Both the position numbers and the translations under genes were made by a program. This document shows, one piece after another, positions 20,461-29,549 of a DNA stretch of 64,000 bases. The notes beneath the pieces were generated by a model, which was not told where the DNA came from, ran no database searches, and saw only the letters and a list, made by a program, of their open reading frames with translations. This stretch comes from Verrucomicrobiales bacterium (GTDB lineage: Bacteria; Verrucomicrobiota; Verrucomicrobiia; Verrucomicrobiales; Verrucomicrobiaceae), in NCBI GenBank assembly GCA_038230495.1, contig JBBRNC010000008.1, positions 30,378 to 94,377 on the forward strand, written 5' to 3'. The first letter of the stretch is position 1. Every line of letters begins with the position of its first letter.

Positions 20461-21515
20461 TCCGTGTCCTCCTCTTTGGCCTCAAATCTGGCCCTTGAAA
20501 GCTGGATGGCTTCGTGGAGTTTTTGTTGCAGGAGTTGACGGTCGGGCAGACCGGTGAGGTATTCGGCGACGTGGATGCCGGTGCCGCTGAGTTCCAGCAG
20601 CTCGATCTGCTCAGTCTTTTTTCCGGCGCAGAGGATGAGGCCGAGGGGCGGTTCCTCGCCGGGCTGTTGTTCATGCTTAGCCAGCCAGCGGAGGTAGAGT
20701 TCCATCTGGCCTTTATACTCGGCTTTGAAGTCGCCGAGCTTGAGGTCGATGGCGATGAGGCGCTTGAGCCGCCGGTGATAAAAAAGGAGGTCGATGTAGA
20801 AATCATCCGAGTCGATCTGGATGCGGAATTGTCGGGCCTGAAAGGTGAAGCCGTCTCCCATTTCGAGGAGGAAGTTTTCCAACTCACGCAGGATGGCGTC
20901 CTCCAAGTCCTTTTCCAGATAGCGGTCTTTCAGCCCCAGGAAATCGAGGATGTAGGGATCGCGGAAAACGAGTGAGGGGGTGAGTTTGTCCTCTTCTCTC
21001 AAGGCGGAGAGTTCGGCCTTGGCGACTTCCGCTGGCTGCTTGGAGATGGCGGTGCGCTCGAAAAGCATGGAGTCGATCTTCGAGCGCAAGGTGCGGACGC
21101 TCCAGCGCTCAATGCGGCACATCTCGGCGTAAAAGTCCCGCTGGAGGTCGTCTTTGAGGGGTATAATTTCTTTGAAATGGGACCATCCCAATTGTCGCGA
21201 CAGTGTAGCAACAATTTCACCCTCCGAGAACACTTGGTTAAACCTGACCATCCGGGTGAGGGCGGAGTAGTTGTAACCGCTCCCAAACTCTGCCGTCAAA
21301 GTTTGCGACAGTGTAGCAAGAATCTCCTTCCCATACCCAGCCCGCTTGTTTCCAAGGACTTCAGTCTGGATGCGCTTGCCGATGCGCCAGTAGAGAAGCG
21401 TCAACGCCGCGTTGGCAACTCCGGCCAGCGCGGTTCGAGTCTGCTGGATCATGCTCCGCACATCGGAGACGACACCGGCTGGGCTTTCGATGATGGTGAA
21501 GTCGGCGTCCTTCAT
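20457..21515 (-). CDS. DUF1016/YhcG-like PDDEXK nuclease-domain protein
   Basis: N-terminal LLYWRIGKRIQTEVL...GYGKEILATLSQTL signature of the YhcG family; 352 aa; inserted between hsdM and hsdS as is common for this family. Confidence 0.75.
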   Translation of the reverse strand: MKDADFTIIESPAGVVSDVRSMIQQTRTALAGVANAALTLLYWRIGKRIQTEVLGNKRAGYGKEILATLSQTLTAEFGSGYNYSALTRMVRFNQVFSEGEIVATLSRQLGWSHFKEIIPLKDDLQRDFYAEMCRIERWSVRTLRSKIDSMLFERTAISKQPAEVAKAELSALREEDKLTPSLVFRDPYILDFLGLKDRYLEKDLEDAILRELENFLLEMGDGFTFQARQFRIQIDSDDFYIDLLFYHRRLKRLIAIDLKLGDFKAEYKGQMELYLRWLAKHEQQPGEEPPLGLILCAGKKTEQIELLELSGTGIHVAEYLTGLPDRQLLQQKLHEAIQLSRARFEAKEEDTE

Positions 21516-21518
21516 GAC

Positions 21519-23087
21519 TCAAAAAGGTGGTTTGATTCCCAACTCTGCACAAAAGGCTGCGATGGTAGCATTCGTCCCGCTCATTTCCTGCTCCAGCGTG
21601 GCGAGTTGGGCGGAGACGGCGGCGAGGTCGATGGATTCCTCCGCGTCGAAGGTATCGACGTAGCGCGGGATGTTCAGGTTGTAGTCGTTGGCCTCGACCT
21701 CGCTGCGCTCGGCGACTTTGCTGAATTTCTCGATGCTCTCGCGCTTCCGGTAGGTGCTGACGATGCGCTCTATGTCCTCGGGGCGGAGTTGGTTTTGATT
21801 GCCGACTTTTTCAAAGTGCTGGCTGGCGTCGATGAAGAGGATGTCGTCGGGATGCTCGCGCTGCTTTTTCAGCACGAGGATGCAGGTGGGGATGCCGGTG
21901 CCGTAGAAGATGTTGGCCGGGAGGCCGATGACCGCGTCGAGGTAGTTGCAATCCTCGATGAGATACTTGCGGATGTGGCCTTCTGCCGCGCCGCGAAACA
22001 AGACGCCGTGCGGGAGGACGCAGGCCATGGTGGCACCGCTATCGAGGTGGTGGACCATGTGCTGGACGAAGGCGAAGTCGGCCTTGGTTTTAGGAGCCAG
22101 TTTGCCATAGGCGCTGAAGCGGTCGTCGCTCTCATGGATGGCGCTGGCGGACCAGTTGGCGGAGAAGGGCGGATTGGCGACGATGGCCTCGAAGCGCAAA
22201 TCGGCGTGCTCGGGCGCGGGATGCTCCAGGGTGTCCTCGTTCTTCAGGTCGAAGCGCTGGTAGTGGACACCGTGCAGAATCATGTTCATGCGGGCGAGGT
22301 TGTAGGTCGTGGGGTTCATCTCCTGCCCGTAGAAGTGGCCCACGTCCTCAACCTCCTTCGCCACGCGCAGCAGCAACGAGCCGGAGCCGCAGGTGGGATC
22401 ATAGACGCTTTTTAGCTTGGTCTTTCCGGTGGTGACGATCTTCGCTAAAATGGTGCTGACCTCCTGCGGCGTGTAGAACTCGCCGGCCTTCTTCCCCGCC
22501 CCGCTGGCGAACTGGCCGATGAGGTATTCGTAGGCATCGCCCAGCACGTCGGCCTCGGTATCGGCGAGGCGGAAGTCGATGCCATCGAGGTGGACGAGGA
22601 CTTTGGCGATGAGTTCGTTTTTCTGGTTCTCGGTCTTGCCGAGCTTCGACGAGCCGAGGTCGAGGTCCTCGAACAAGCCCTCGAAGTCGTCCTCACTGTC
22701 ATGGCCCATGGTGCTGGCCTCGATGTGCTTGAGGATGGCGGTGAGGTCTTCCAAGATGAAATTGTCCGTCTTCTGCGCACCCTTTTCGGCGACCTTGTGG
22801 AAGAGTTCGGACGGCTTCAGAAAATAGCCCAGCCGCCCGATGCATTCCTCCTGAATGGCTACGAGCATTTCCTTCCCCTTCTTGGTGGACTCGTCGATGT
22901 CGGCGAATTTGATCCCGTCATTCTTCAGGATGTCATCCGCGAAGAGGTGCATCCGCTCGGAGAGGTATTTGTAAAAGATGAAACCGAGGATGTAGTCGCG
23001 AAACTCATCAGCCCCCATCTTCCCGCGCAGGGTGTTGGCGATGTTCCAGAGCTGGGATTGGAGCGTCTTTTTGTGGTCGTCGGACAT
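21519..23087 (-). CDS. hsdM: Type I restriction-modification DNA methyltransferase subunit (HsdM), N6-adenine
   Basis: N-terminal HsdM_N helix (LWNIANTLRG), SAM motif DPTCGSGSLL, catalytic NPPF; 522 aa. Confidence 0.9.
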   Translation of the reverse strand: MSDDHKKTLQSQLWNIANTLRGKMGADEFRDYILGFIFYKYLSERMHLFADDILKNDGIKFADIDESTKKGKEMLVAIQEECIGRLGYFLKPSELFHKVAEKGAQKTDNFILEDLTAILKHIEASTMGHDSEDDFEGLFEDLDLGSSKLGKTENQKNELIAKVLVHLDGIDFRLADTEADVLGDAYEYLIGQFASGAGKKAGEFYTPQEVSTILAKIVTTGKTKLKSVYDPTCGSGSLLLRVAKEVEDVGHFYGQEMNPTTYNLARMNMILHGVHYQRFDLKNEDTLEHPAPEHADLRFEAIVANPPFSANWSASAIHESDDRFSAYGKLAPKTKADFAFVQHMVHHLDSGATMACVLPHGVLFRGAAEGHIRKYLIEDCNYLDAVIGLPANIFYGTGIPTCILVLKKQREHPDDILFIDASQHFEKVGNQNQLRPEDIERIVSTYRKRESIEKFSKVAERSEVEANDYNLNIPRYVDTFDAEESIDLAAVSAQLATLEQEMSGTNATIAAFCAELGIKPPF

Positions 23088-23250
23088 GAAGTATTTTTAA
23101 GTGTGGCTCGGCATTTATATCTAAGACAAGTCGCAGAGAAGAAAGAACTACACGTCAGCGAACAGACAAGTCCAGAATTTTAGACCACACGGTATAAATT
23201 TTACCTTGGAATATGTTGCTCCGCGGGCAGATGATCTTCATTAACGCAAA

Positions 23251-23943
23251 TCAATCGCGGCAGGCTTTCACGACAAAATCCAAAAGCGCAGCACTGAGCG
23301 GCTGGACACGCAGATCAATGGGTGCCAGCAGACCGTCGTTCATCAGAATGATGTTGCCACGATGCGTGTCAGAAATCACCACGTTCCTTTCAGGATCAAA
23401 GTAAGCCACTTCCCCGCTGACTGTGAAGCGCTTCCAGCCGTTACCGGTGAAAAAGTCGTTGATCTGAGCCAGCGTTGCTGGTTCTCCTTCGATGGCCTGC
23501 TGCTGGATCACCAGCCTCAGTCTGCTATCCGCTTCCCACACTCCGAGAAAGCTCACCGTGTCGCCAAACATCTCGTTGTGCAGTTGCCATCGTTCAAGAT
23601 AGGCGATGGGCGATGACCGCTCATCTTCGTCCTGCCGGTAGAGCACCTGCATCCCGAAAAAATCCGGCCATGTGATCTTCAAATAAGTGTTCTTATCCGG
23701 TTGAAACCAGACCTGATGCTCGTTGCCCTCCTCATCGGGCTTCCGGCTCAGTTCTGTGGGCGGGCCTGATAGGAGGAAGAATCCTCTCTCACACGCGTAG
23801 TCCCTGAAGATTCTGACCTCTTCGAGGTAATGGGTAGAACCGCCCTGAACATGCGAAGCTGCTTCACAGCGGCTTCGTAGCTCTTCAACGTGTGCTTCGA
23901 GCGGGATTCCCGCAATTGATCGGCCAGACTCATTGGAGGACAT
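23251..23943 (-). CDS. Hypothetical protein with HipA-C-like kinase-fold catalytic motifs
   Basis: ISDTHRGNIILMNDG (D-x-H-x-x-N catalytic-loop-like) followed by LLAPIDL (resembles the HipA LAPxYD activation segment); 230 aa, no P-loop seen. Confidence 0.4.
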   Translation of the reverse strand: MSSNESGRSIAGIPLEAHVEELRSRCEAASHVQGGSTHYLEEVRIFRDYACERGFFLLSGPPTELSRKPDEEGNEHQVWFQPDKNTYLKITWPDFFGMQVLYRQDEDERSSPIAYLERWQLHNEMFGDTVSFLGVWEADSRLRLVIQQQAIEGEPATLAQINDFFTGNGWKRFTVSGEVAYFDPERNVVISDTHRGNIILMNDGLLAPIDLRVQPLSAALLDFVVKACRD

Positions 23944-24690
23944 TGGTTTGGAATTCGTTAAAGTTCAAGTGCCATCATTCAGACAAACATCAACAGAACT
24001 TAGCCCTGCTTCGCAAAGCCGAAGTATTGTTGGTTAAAAATCGTTGCTCAGCATAAATGCAACCCACTGTCCATGTTCCTACTGAACAGGTTATTGCCAC
24101 TTGCTCACAAGTTATTCACAACGCGCCAAGCCTTGATTTTAGGGGCTTCGGGCTATGCCACGAACGCTTTGCCCTGATTTCATAAGGCTTGCGGAATGAA
24201 GCCTTGATGGAACTGCATTTCCCACGCCGTGGAACGCCTGCTTTTGTGCTGTGGAACGAAAACGTCACATTGGCGAATAACTGCCTATCCCCATAAACAG
24301 GCCCTTCCAGCGCTTTTTATGGAATAGACGCGAAATCTCCGCTCCTCTACTACTGACGTAAAACGTTGCCGTTCAGTGTTTTACTGTTTCACTTTTCCGA
24401 TGTGACATTCGTAGCACACAACAACAAATTTGAACCAATTCCTCATTCATGCCGACATCCATTGCTCGTCGCCAGTGTCCCTGTCTAACAAATCCGTAAC
24501 CTGCCCGATTATCCCGCCAAATAATAATTCTCCAATTTTTTCGGCACGCATCGTAGCACTATACTTCTTCCACTGCCCAGTGCGTCAGCATCCAAATGGC
24601 TAAAAGGTTAACAAATAGGCAAGTTATTCACAGCCCGCGCATTTACCCTGTAAACGCACGATCAGCCACTGCCCCTTACCTTGTCCGATC

Positions 24691-25653
24691 CTATTTCCCC
24701 CACTGAATCGCACCGAGGAGATCGCCGAGATCGCGGGCGGCTTTGGCCACGCGTTCTTCACCCCAGACACGGAATTTCTCCTTGGTGTCAGGCTTGAGAT
24801 TCAGATAGAGCGTCCAATAACTCCCGGTGCGCGGGAAGCGTTTTCCGAACTTGAGTTCCGCATAGATCATGCGCGAAGTCTCGGCAGAATCCATGGCCCA
24901 CTGAGGCGGACATTCGCGGCAGGGGCCGTTGTTGGCGGGTTTGAGCTCCGCCATTTTCTTGCGGATGATGACAGCGAGCTTGACCTCAGTCTCTGCGGTC
25001 ATGGCCACGACGTTTTCGTCCCAATACCGGTGCAGTGGAAGTTCCTTGGTGAGCAGGAGCTTGTTGCCGCCGCTGTCTTTGGCCTCGGGATTTTTCGCCG
25101 CCTCGTCGGGACTAGTGATGAGGGTCGCGCGGCCATCGTCATCGAATTTGAAAAATCCCGCCGCCACATGCAGTGGCTGATGCACGTCGCCGCCCAGATG
25201 AACGAGCCAGCGCAAGGCATCGCGCTTGCTCATGAACTCTGATTTGCCTTCGAGAACATCGATGCACTTCCCGATAGTGGCCACAATGTCGTTATCTGCG
25301 ATGAAGCGTTTGTCTTGGGCGTATGTTTTGATGTCGAGCGGCAGGTCCAGATAGTGCCACGAGGAATTGTCCGGGTGGGCTTCTGTGAAGGCTTTGCCTT
25401 CGGGAGTTTCGGAAAACCTGCCAGAGCGCGATTTCATTTTCGAGTGCCGGATGTCATCGGGCCAGATGGATGCGTCCTCAATGCTTTCGCCTGCGAGGAT
25501 TTCCTTCACCTTAGCGGCTGCGACAGGATTCGTTTTCTGAAGTTGCTCCAAAGCCAGTGTGGCAATGGTGCGGTGGCCCAGCGGCCCCCAAGCAAATGCA
25601 GGTGCGCTCATCAACAAGGCCAGAGCGGTGATCAGAAGGGCGGTTAGTTTCAT
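24691..25653 (-). CDS. S1/P1-family secreted zinc nuclease
   Basis: Signal peptide then mature N-terminus WGPLGHRT (Trp1/His ligands), conserved His/Asp clusters; ORF track start 25692 trimmed to MKLTALL. Confidence 0.75.
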   Translation of the reverse strand: MKLTALLITALALLMSAPAFAWGPLGHRTIATLALEQLQKTNPVAAAKVKEILAGESIEDASIWPDDIRHSKMKSRSGRFSETPEGKAFTEAHPDNSSWHYLDLPLDIKTYAQDKRFIADNDIVATIGKCIDVLEGKSEFMSKRDALRWLVHLGGDVHQPLHVAAGFFKFDDDGRATLITSPDEAAKNPEAKDSGGNKLLLTKELPLHRYWDENVVAMTAETEVKLAVIIRKKMAELKPANNGPCRECPPQWAMDSAETSRMIYAELKFGKRFPRTGSYWTLYLNLKPDTKEKFRVWGEERVAKAARDLGDLLGAIQWGK

Positions 25654-25698
25654 AGGTGAAGAATGATGGATTATATACGATTTGTCCCGCAAATTATT

Positions 25699-27642
25699 TC
25701 ATTCCACGCTGGCCTCGGCGATTTTCGCCAATTCTTCCCAACGACTGTAAAGAACGGGCACGGACTTTTTCGTGATCTCCAGTTCCGCGATCAAACCACC
25801 AACCTCACTGGCACGCGTGATAAAAAATTCAGAGTCGCTCAGCATGGTCTCTAGTTCGGACACGCGCGACTCCGATTTAAGTATCGTCGCTTCCATGCCT
25901 TCAAGTTCCTCGCGTTCTTTAAAGCTCAGCTTGCGCGGGCGAGCTTTTTTTGCTGCCTGCTGCTTTTCCAGCCTGCTGACTTCCGCGAGATAATTGCGGT
26001 CACGCAGTTCACGCTCTTTGCGCTTCTCCAAATAATACGAATAGTTTCCCGGCTGAACAAAAACGCCCGCGTCTTCAAACGCGACGACCTGATCGCAGAT
26101 GCGGTCGAGAAAATAACGGTCATGGCTCACCACCAGCACACAGCCGTCGAAGTCCGCCAGCGCCTCTTCCAGCATTCGCAGACTGGGCAGATCGAGATCG
26201 TTCGTCGGTTCATCCAGCACGATGACATTGCCTCCGTGACGCAATACTTTCGCCAGTGTGAGTCGGGCACGCTCGCCGCCAGAGAGCCGGTCCACGCGCT
26301 CGTTCACGCGATCATCAGTGAACAAAAATCGCTTCAGATACGACCGCGCGTTCATGCGCTGATTGCCGAACATGACCGTCTCCGCGCCGTCCGCCACTTC
26401 CAGGAGCACGGTGCGTTCGCCATTTAAAGTCATGCGCGTCTGGTCGATATAATTGAAGGCAACTTTTTTTCCGATGGTCACCTCGCCTTCATCCGGCGCC
26501 CGCGTGCCGAGGCATTGGCGTAGCAATGTGGTCTTGCCCGCGCCATTGCGCCCCACGATGCCAGTGCATTGACCCGGTTTCATGGAGAGCGTCAGACCAC
26601 GGAACAACCAGCGCTCGTCCGCGCCTTCGCCAACTTTCGCACCAGCGTTTTCCAGATTGATCGCGATGTCGCCGATCTGCGGTGGCGGCGGAATAAGCAA
26701 ATCCATCTCGCGTTCTTCCGGCGGAGCCTCCTGACCTTCGATTTGATAAAAGGTGTCGAGCCGATGTCGCGCCTTGGTGCCGCGCGCTTTCACGCCCGCG
26801 CGAACCCATTCAAGTTCCACGCGCAAGAAGCGCTGACGCCGACGCTCAGATTGTTCCGCGATCTGATGGCGCACGGCCTTGGACTCCAGATAGGCGGTGT
26901 AGTTTCCGGGATGCGAAAAGCATCGTCCATCGGCCAACTCGATGATGCGCGTCGCGATTACATCAAGGAAGTATCGGTCATGCGTAACGAATATCACCGC
27001 ACCTTTAAAATCATGCAGGAACTCCTCAAGCCAGCGAATGGACTCCGCATCGAGATGGTTCGTCGGCTCATCGAGCAACAGCAAATCCGGCTCAGCCACA
27101 AGGGCGCGACACAGCGCAACGCGACGTTTCTCCCCGCCGGAAAGCGGCCCGACCAGCGCATCCAGCGGCGGCGCAGAAAGTGCCGTGGCCTCCGACTTGA
27201 TGCGCGTTTGCAGATTCCATCCGTCCGCCTCATCAATGCGATGATGCAGATCAGCCAGCACCTTCTCGCTGCCCTCTCCCTCTTCGTATCGGCGAATCCA
27301 CTCCATCAGGTCCGCCGCGCCAGCCTCGATGTTTTGCAGCACCGTCATTTCTCCATCGAGCTCAAACTCCTGCGGCAGATAACCGACGCGCAAGCCTCGG
27401 CGACGCGATACGGTGCCGGAGTCTGGATCATCTGTGCCCGCGAGAATTTTCAGCAGACTCGTCTTCCCGCAGCCGTTGCGCCCCACCAGTCCGACCTTCT
27501 CACCCGGCGACACCGCGAGCGACACGCTCTCCAGCAAGGCCTGATAGCCATAGGCCAGGGCGATTTCATTGGCGGACAATAATGGATGCGGAATAGAACT
27601 CATATGATATGGGGGCCATTGTGATAACGCTGGCAAGCCCAC
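25699..27642 (-). CDS. ABC-F family ATPase (translation factor/ribosome-associated type)
   Basis: Two ABC cassettes, each with Walker A (GRNGCGKTS; GRNGAGKTT), signature LSGGE, Walker B LLLDEPTNHLD; no TM domain; 647 aa. Confidence 0.85.
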   Translation of the reverse strand: MGLPALSQWPPYHMSSIPHPLLSANEIALAYGYQALLESVSLAVSPGEKVGLVGRNGCGKTSLLKILAGTDDPDSGTVSRRRGLRVGYLPQEFELDGEMTVLQNIEAGAADLMEWIRRYEEGEGSEKVLADLHHRIDEADGWNLQTRIKSEATALSAPPLDALVGPLSGGEKRRVALCRALVAEPDLLLLDEPTNHLDAESIRWLEEFLHDFKGAVIFVTHDRYFLDVIATRIIELADGRCFSHPGNYTAYLESKAVRHQIAEQSERRRQRFLRVELEWVRAGVKARGTKARHRLDTFYQIEGQEAPPEEREMDLLIPPPPQIGDIAINLENAGAKVGEGADERWLFRGLTLSMKPGQCTGIVGRNGAGKTTLLRQCLGTRAPDEGEVTIGKKVAFNYIDQTRMTLNGERTVLLEVADGAETVMFGNQRMNARSYLKRFLFTDDRVNERVDRLSGGERARLTLAKVLRHGGNVIVLDEPTNDLDLPSLRMLEEALADFDGCVLVVSHDRYFLDRICDQVVAFEDAGVFVQPGNYSYYLEKRKERELRDRNYLAEVSRLEKQQAAKKARPRKLSFKEREELEGMEATILKSESRVSELETMLSDSEFFITRASEVGGLIAELEITKKSVPVLYSRWEELAKIAEASVE

Positions 27643-27665
27643 AGGACAAGCCCTAGGGTGACAAA

Positions 27666-27965
27666 ATGAAATTGCAACAAAACCAAGTCTGGCGGCTGCA
27701 CGACCAATTCATCCGGATCGTTAATCTGGAACGGATGTGCGTGGACTACAAAACGATGACTGATCTCGCCAATCGCACCGGCACTCATCGCCGCATCACT
27801 AAAAAAGAATTCTGCCGGATGATGAAAGGCGCTGTGCTGTTGACGCCCGAAGAGGATCAAGTGCTCAGGGCCGTCTTGCAGACGAATGAGGTGGACGATT
27901 CCGCCAAAACTGAAACTGATCCTGCTGTCGAAGATATTGCGGAGGACGCTGAGGCGAAATGCTGA
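27666..27965 (+). CDS. Small hypothetical protein, possible HTH
   Basis: 99-aa ORF, acidic C-terminus; overlaps the next gene by 7 nt, suggesting coupling. Confidence 0.3.
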   Translation: MKLQQNQVWRLHDQFIRIVNLERMCVDYKTMTDLANRTGTHRRITKKEFCRMMKGAVLLTPEEDQVLRAVLQTNEVDDSAKTETDPAVEDIAEDAEAKC

Positions 27966-28318
27966 AAATTTACACCTACAAGTCTTGCTCCACCTGCCGC
28001 AACGCGACCGCATGGTTAAGAGCGCAAGGCATCAACTTTGAAGAACATCCCATTCGCGAGACGCCTCCGACATTGCTCGAACTCCAGTCCATGCTTGCAG
28101 CGCGTGAAGGAAATATCCGATCACTCTTCAACACCTCCGGTCTCGATTACCGCGCCCTGAATCTCAAGGACAAGCTTCCTACCATGAAGCCGGACGAAGC
28201 GCTCCGTCTCCTGCAAACGAACGGCAATCTCGTGAAGCGCCCCTTTGCACTCGAAGAATCCAAGGGCATCCATCTACTCGGCTTCCGCGAATCAGAGTGG
28301 AGCGCGACGCTCTCGTAA
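27959..28318 (+). CDS. ArsC/Spx-family thioredoxin-fold protein (CxxC)
   Basis: MLKIYTYKSCSTCRNATAWL N-terminus with CxxC, KRPF near the C-terminus; 119 aa. Confidence 0.7.
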   Translation: MLKIYTYKSCSTCRNATAWLRAQGINFEEHPIRETPPTLLELQSMLAAREGNIRSLFNTSGLDYRALNLKDKLPTMKPDEALRLLQTNGNLVKRPFALEESKGIHLLGFRESEWSATLS

Positions 28319-28350
28319 ATTCGCCAGCTTCATTTAACTCCCCGCATCTC

Positions 28351-28716
28351 ATGTATAAAACCGGCCAGCGCATTGTCTGTATCAACGACGACTTCGAGCC
28401 GTGGGTCTATGATCTCTACCGCGCCTTGCCCAAGAAGGACAAAATCTACACTGTGCGCGCCATCGGCATGGGGCGATCTAATCCGCAGTTTACCGTCAAT
28501 GATGACGCGCAGATCAAGCTCACTGGTGCCGAGTTTGATTTCCTCATTCTCCTAACGGAACTCCTCAATCCCGACGATCCGCATTCCAGCGCGAAACAGG
28601 AACTTGGATTTCGCGCGGAACGTTTCGCACCCTTGCAAGAAGACTATGAGGAGGAAAAAGAATACGAACTCGTCGGCGCTGGGAAAGCCAAGGAGTGGGA
28701 GCCGCAGCCCAGTTGA
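28351..28716 (+). CDS. Hypothetical protein
   Basis: ORF track 28297..28716, trimmed to MYKTGQ after the stop of the upstream gene; no motifs recognised. Confidence 0.35.
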   Translation: MYKTGQRIVCINDDFEPWVYDLYRALPKKDKIYTVRAIGMGRSNPQFTVNDDAQIKLTGAEFDFLILLTELLNPDDPHSSAKQELGFRAERFAPLQEDYEEEKEYELVGAGKAKEWEPQPS

Positions 28717-28743
28717 ATGATTGATGGATTTAGTGACTAAGAA

Positions 28744-29523
28744 ATGCTTGCCAAGGCTCCAATCTCCACTCAAATCTCAATCCTTATGTTCGTTCGCACA
28801 TTGTTAGTCCTATCAGTCGCCGTTACCATGCCGTTCCAGTTGAATGCGCAGAACGCATCCGCAAAAAAAGGCTGGGGAGGTGATCCGGCCTCGGCCACCA
28901 AACTTAAGGCGCACTGGCATTACAATTGGTGGACAAACGGCAAATCAAGTCACGGCTTGGAATTTGTCCCGATGGTAAAAGGAAAAAAACAAGTGAACGA
29001 CACGGTGCTCAAAGCTATCAAGAGCAATGGCGCGAAAGTCATCCTCTGCTTGAACGAACCGGAACGCGCCTCGCAAGGCGACACCACTGTTGAAGAAGCC
29101 CTCAATCTCTGGCCAAAGCTTATGAAGACTGGCCTGCGCCTCGGAAGTCCCGCGCCCTCATCCGATGCTGCTGGTATGGCTTGGCTGGATACTTTTATGC
29201 AGGGTGTCGAGAAGAAGAAACTGCGAGTCGATTTCATCGCCCTACACTGGTATCGCAGTTCCGATCCCGACAAGTTTGAGGAATTTTTAAAAGAGATTCA
29301 CGACAAATATAAGCGCCCCATTTGGGTTACAGAGTTCAATTCCCAATACTCCAAAGGAGACCGTGACCAATTTGCCGCTCAGGCCTTCAAAATTTGTGAC
29401 CGCCTCGATTTCGTTGAACGCTACAGTTACTTCACCACCAAACCCGGCGAACCCGGCAGCTTGTGGAAAGATGGCGGACACAAGGAACTCACTCCGCTCG
29501 GTAAGGACTACACATCCCATTGA
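28744..29523 (+). CDS. Secreted glycoside hydrolase, GH128-like (Glyco_hydro_cc)
   Basis: Signal peptide; conserved LCLNEPE (catalytic Glu) and VTEFN (nucleophile Glu) blocks typical of the GH128/Glyco_hydro_cc fold. Confidence 0.65.
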   Translation: MLAKAPISTQISILMFVRTLLVLSVAVTMPFQLNAQNASAKKGWGGDPASATKLKAHWHYNWWTNGKSSHGLEFVPMVKGKKQVNDTVLKAIKSNGAKVILCLNEPERASQGDTTVEEALNLWPKLMKTGLRLGSPAPSSDAAGMAWLDTFMQGVEKKKLRVDFIALHWYRSSDPDKFEEFLKEIHDKYKRPIWVTEFNSQYSKGDRDQFAAQAFKICDRLDFVERYSYFTTKPGEPGSLWKDGGHKELTPLGKDYTSH

Positions 29524-29549
29524 GTGCTGGTTGTAACAGTGAAGATGAA

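Noticed and set aside
21177-22415. 412-aa ORF on the plus strand
   Set aside because: Antisense to DUF1016/hsdM; Gly/Asp/Val-rich shadow ORF
23100-24735. Short similarity between the HipA-like gene 3' end and the S1/P1 nuclease 3' end (aaagcctgccgcgat versus aaagccgcccgcgat)
   Set aside because: Only about 15 nt long and both encode a KA[CA]RD peptide; too short to claim an island-flanking direct repeat
26569-27582. 337-aa ORF on the plus strand
   Set aside because: Antisense to the ABC-F ATPase gene
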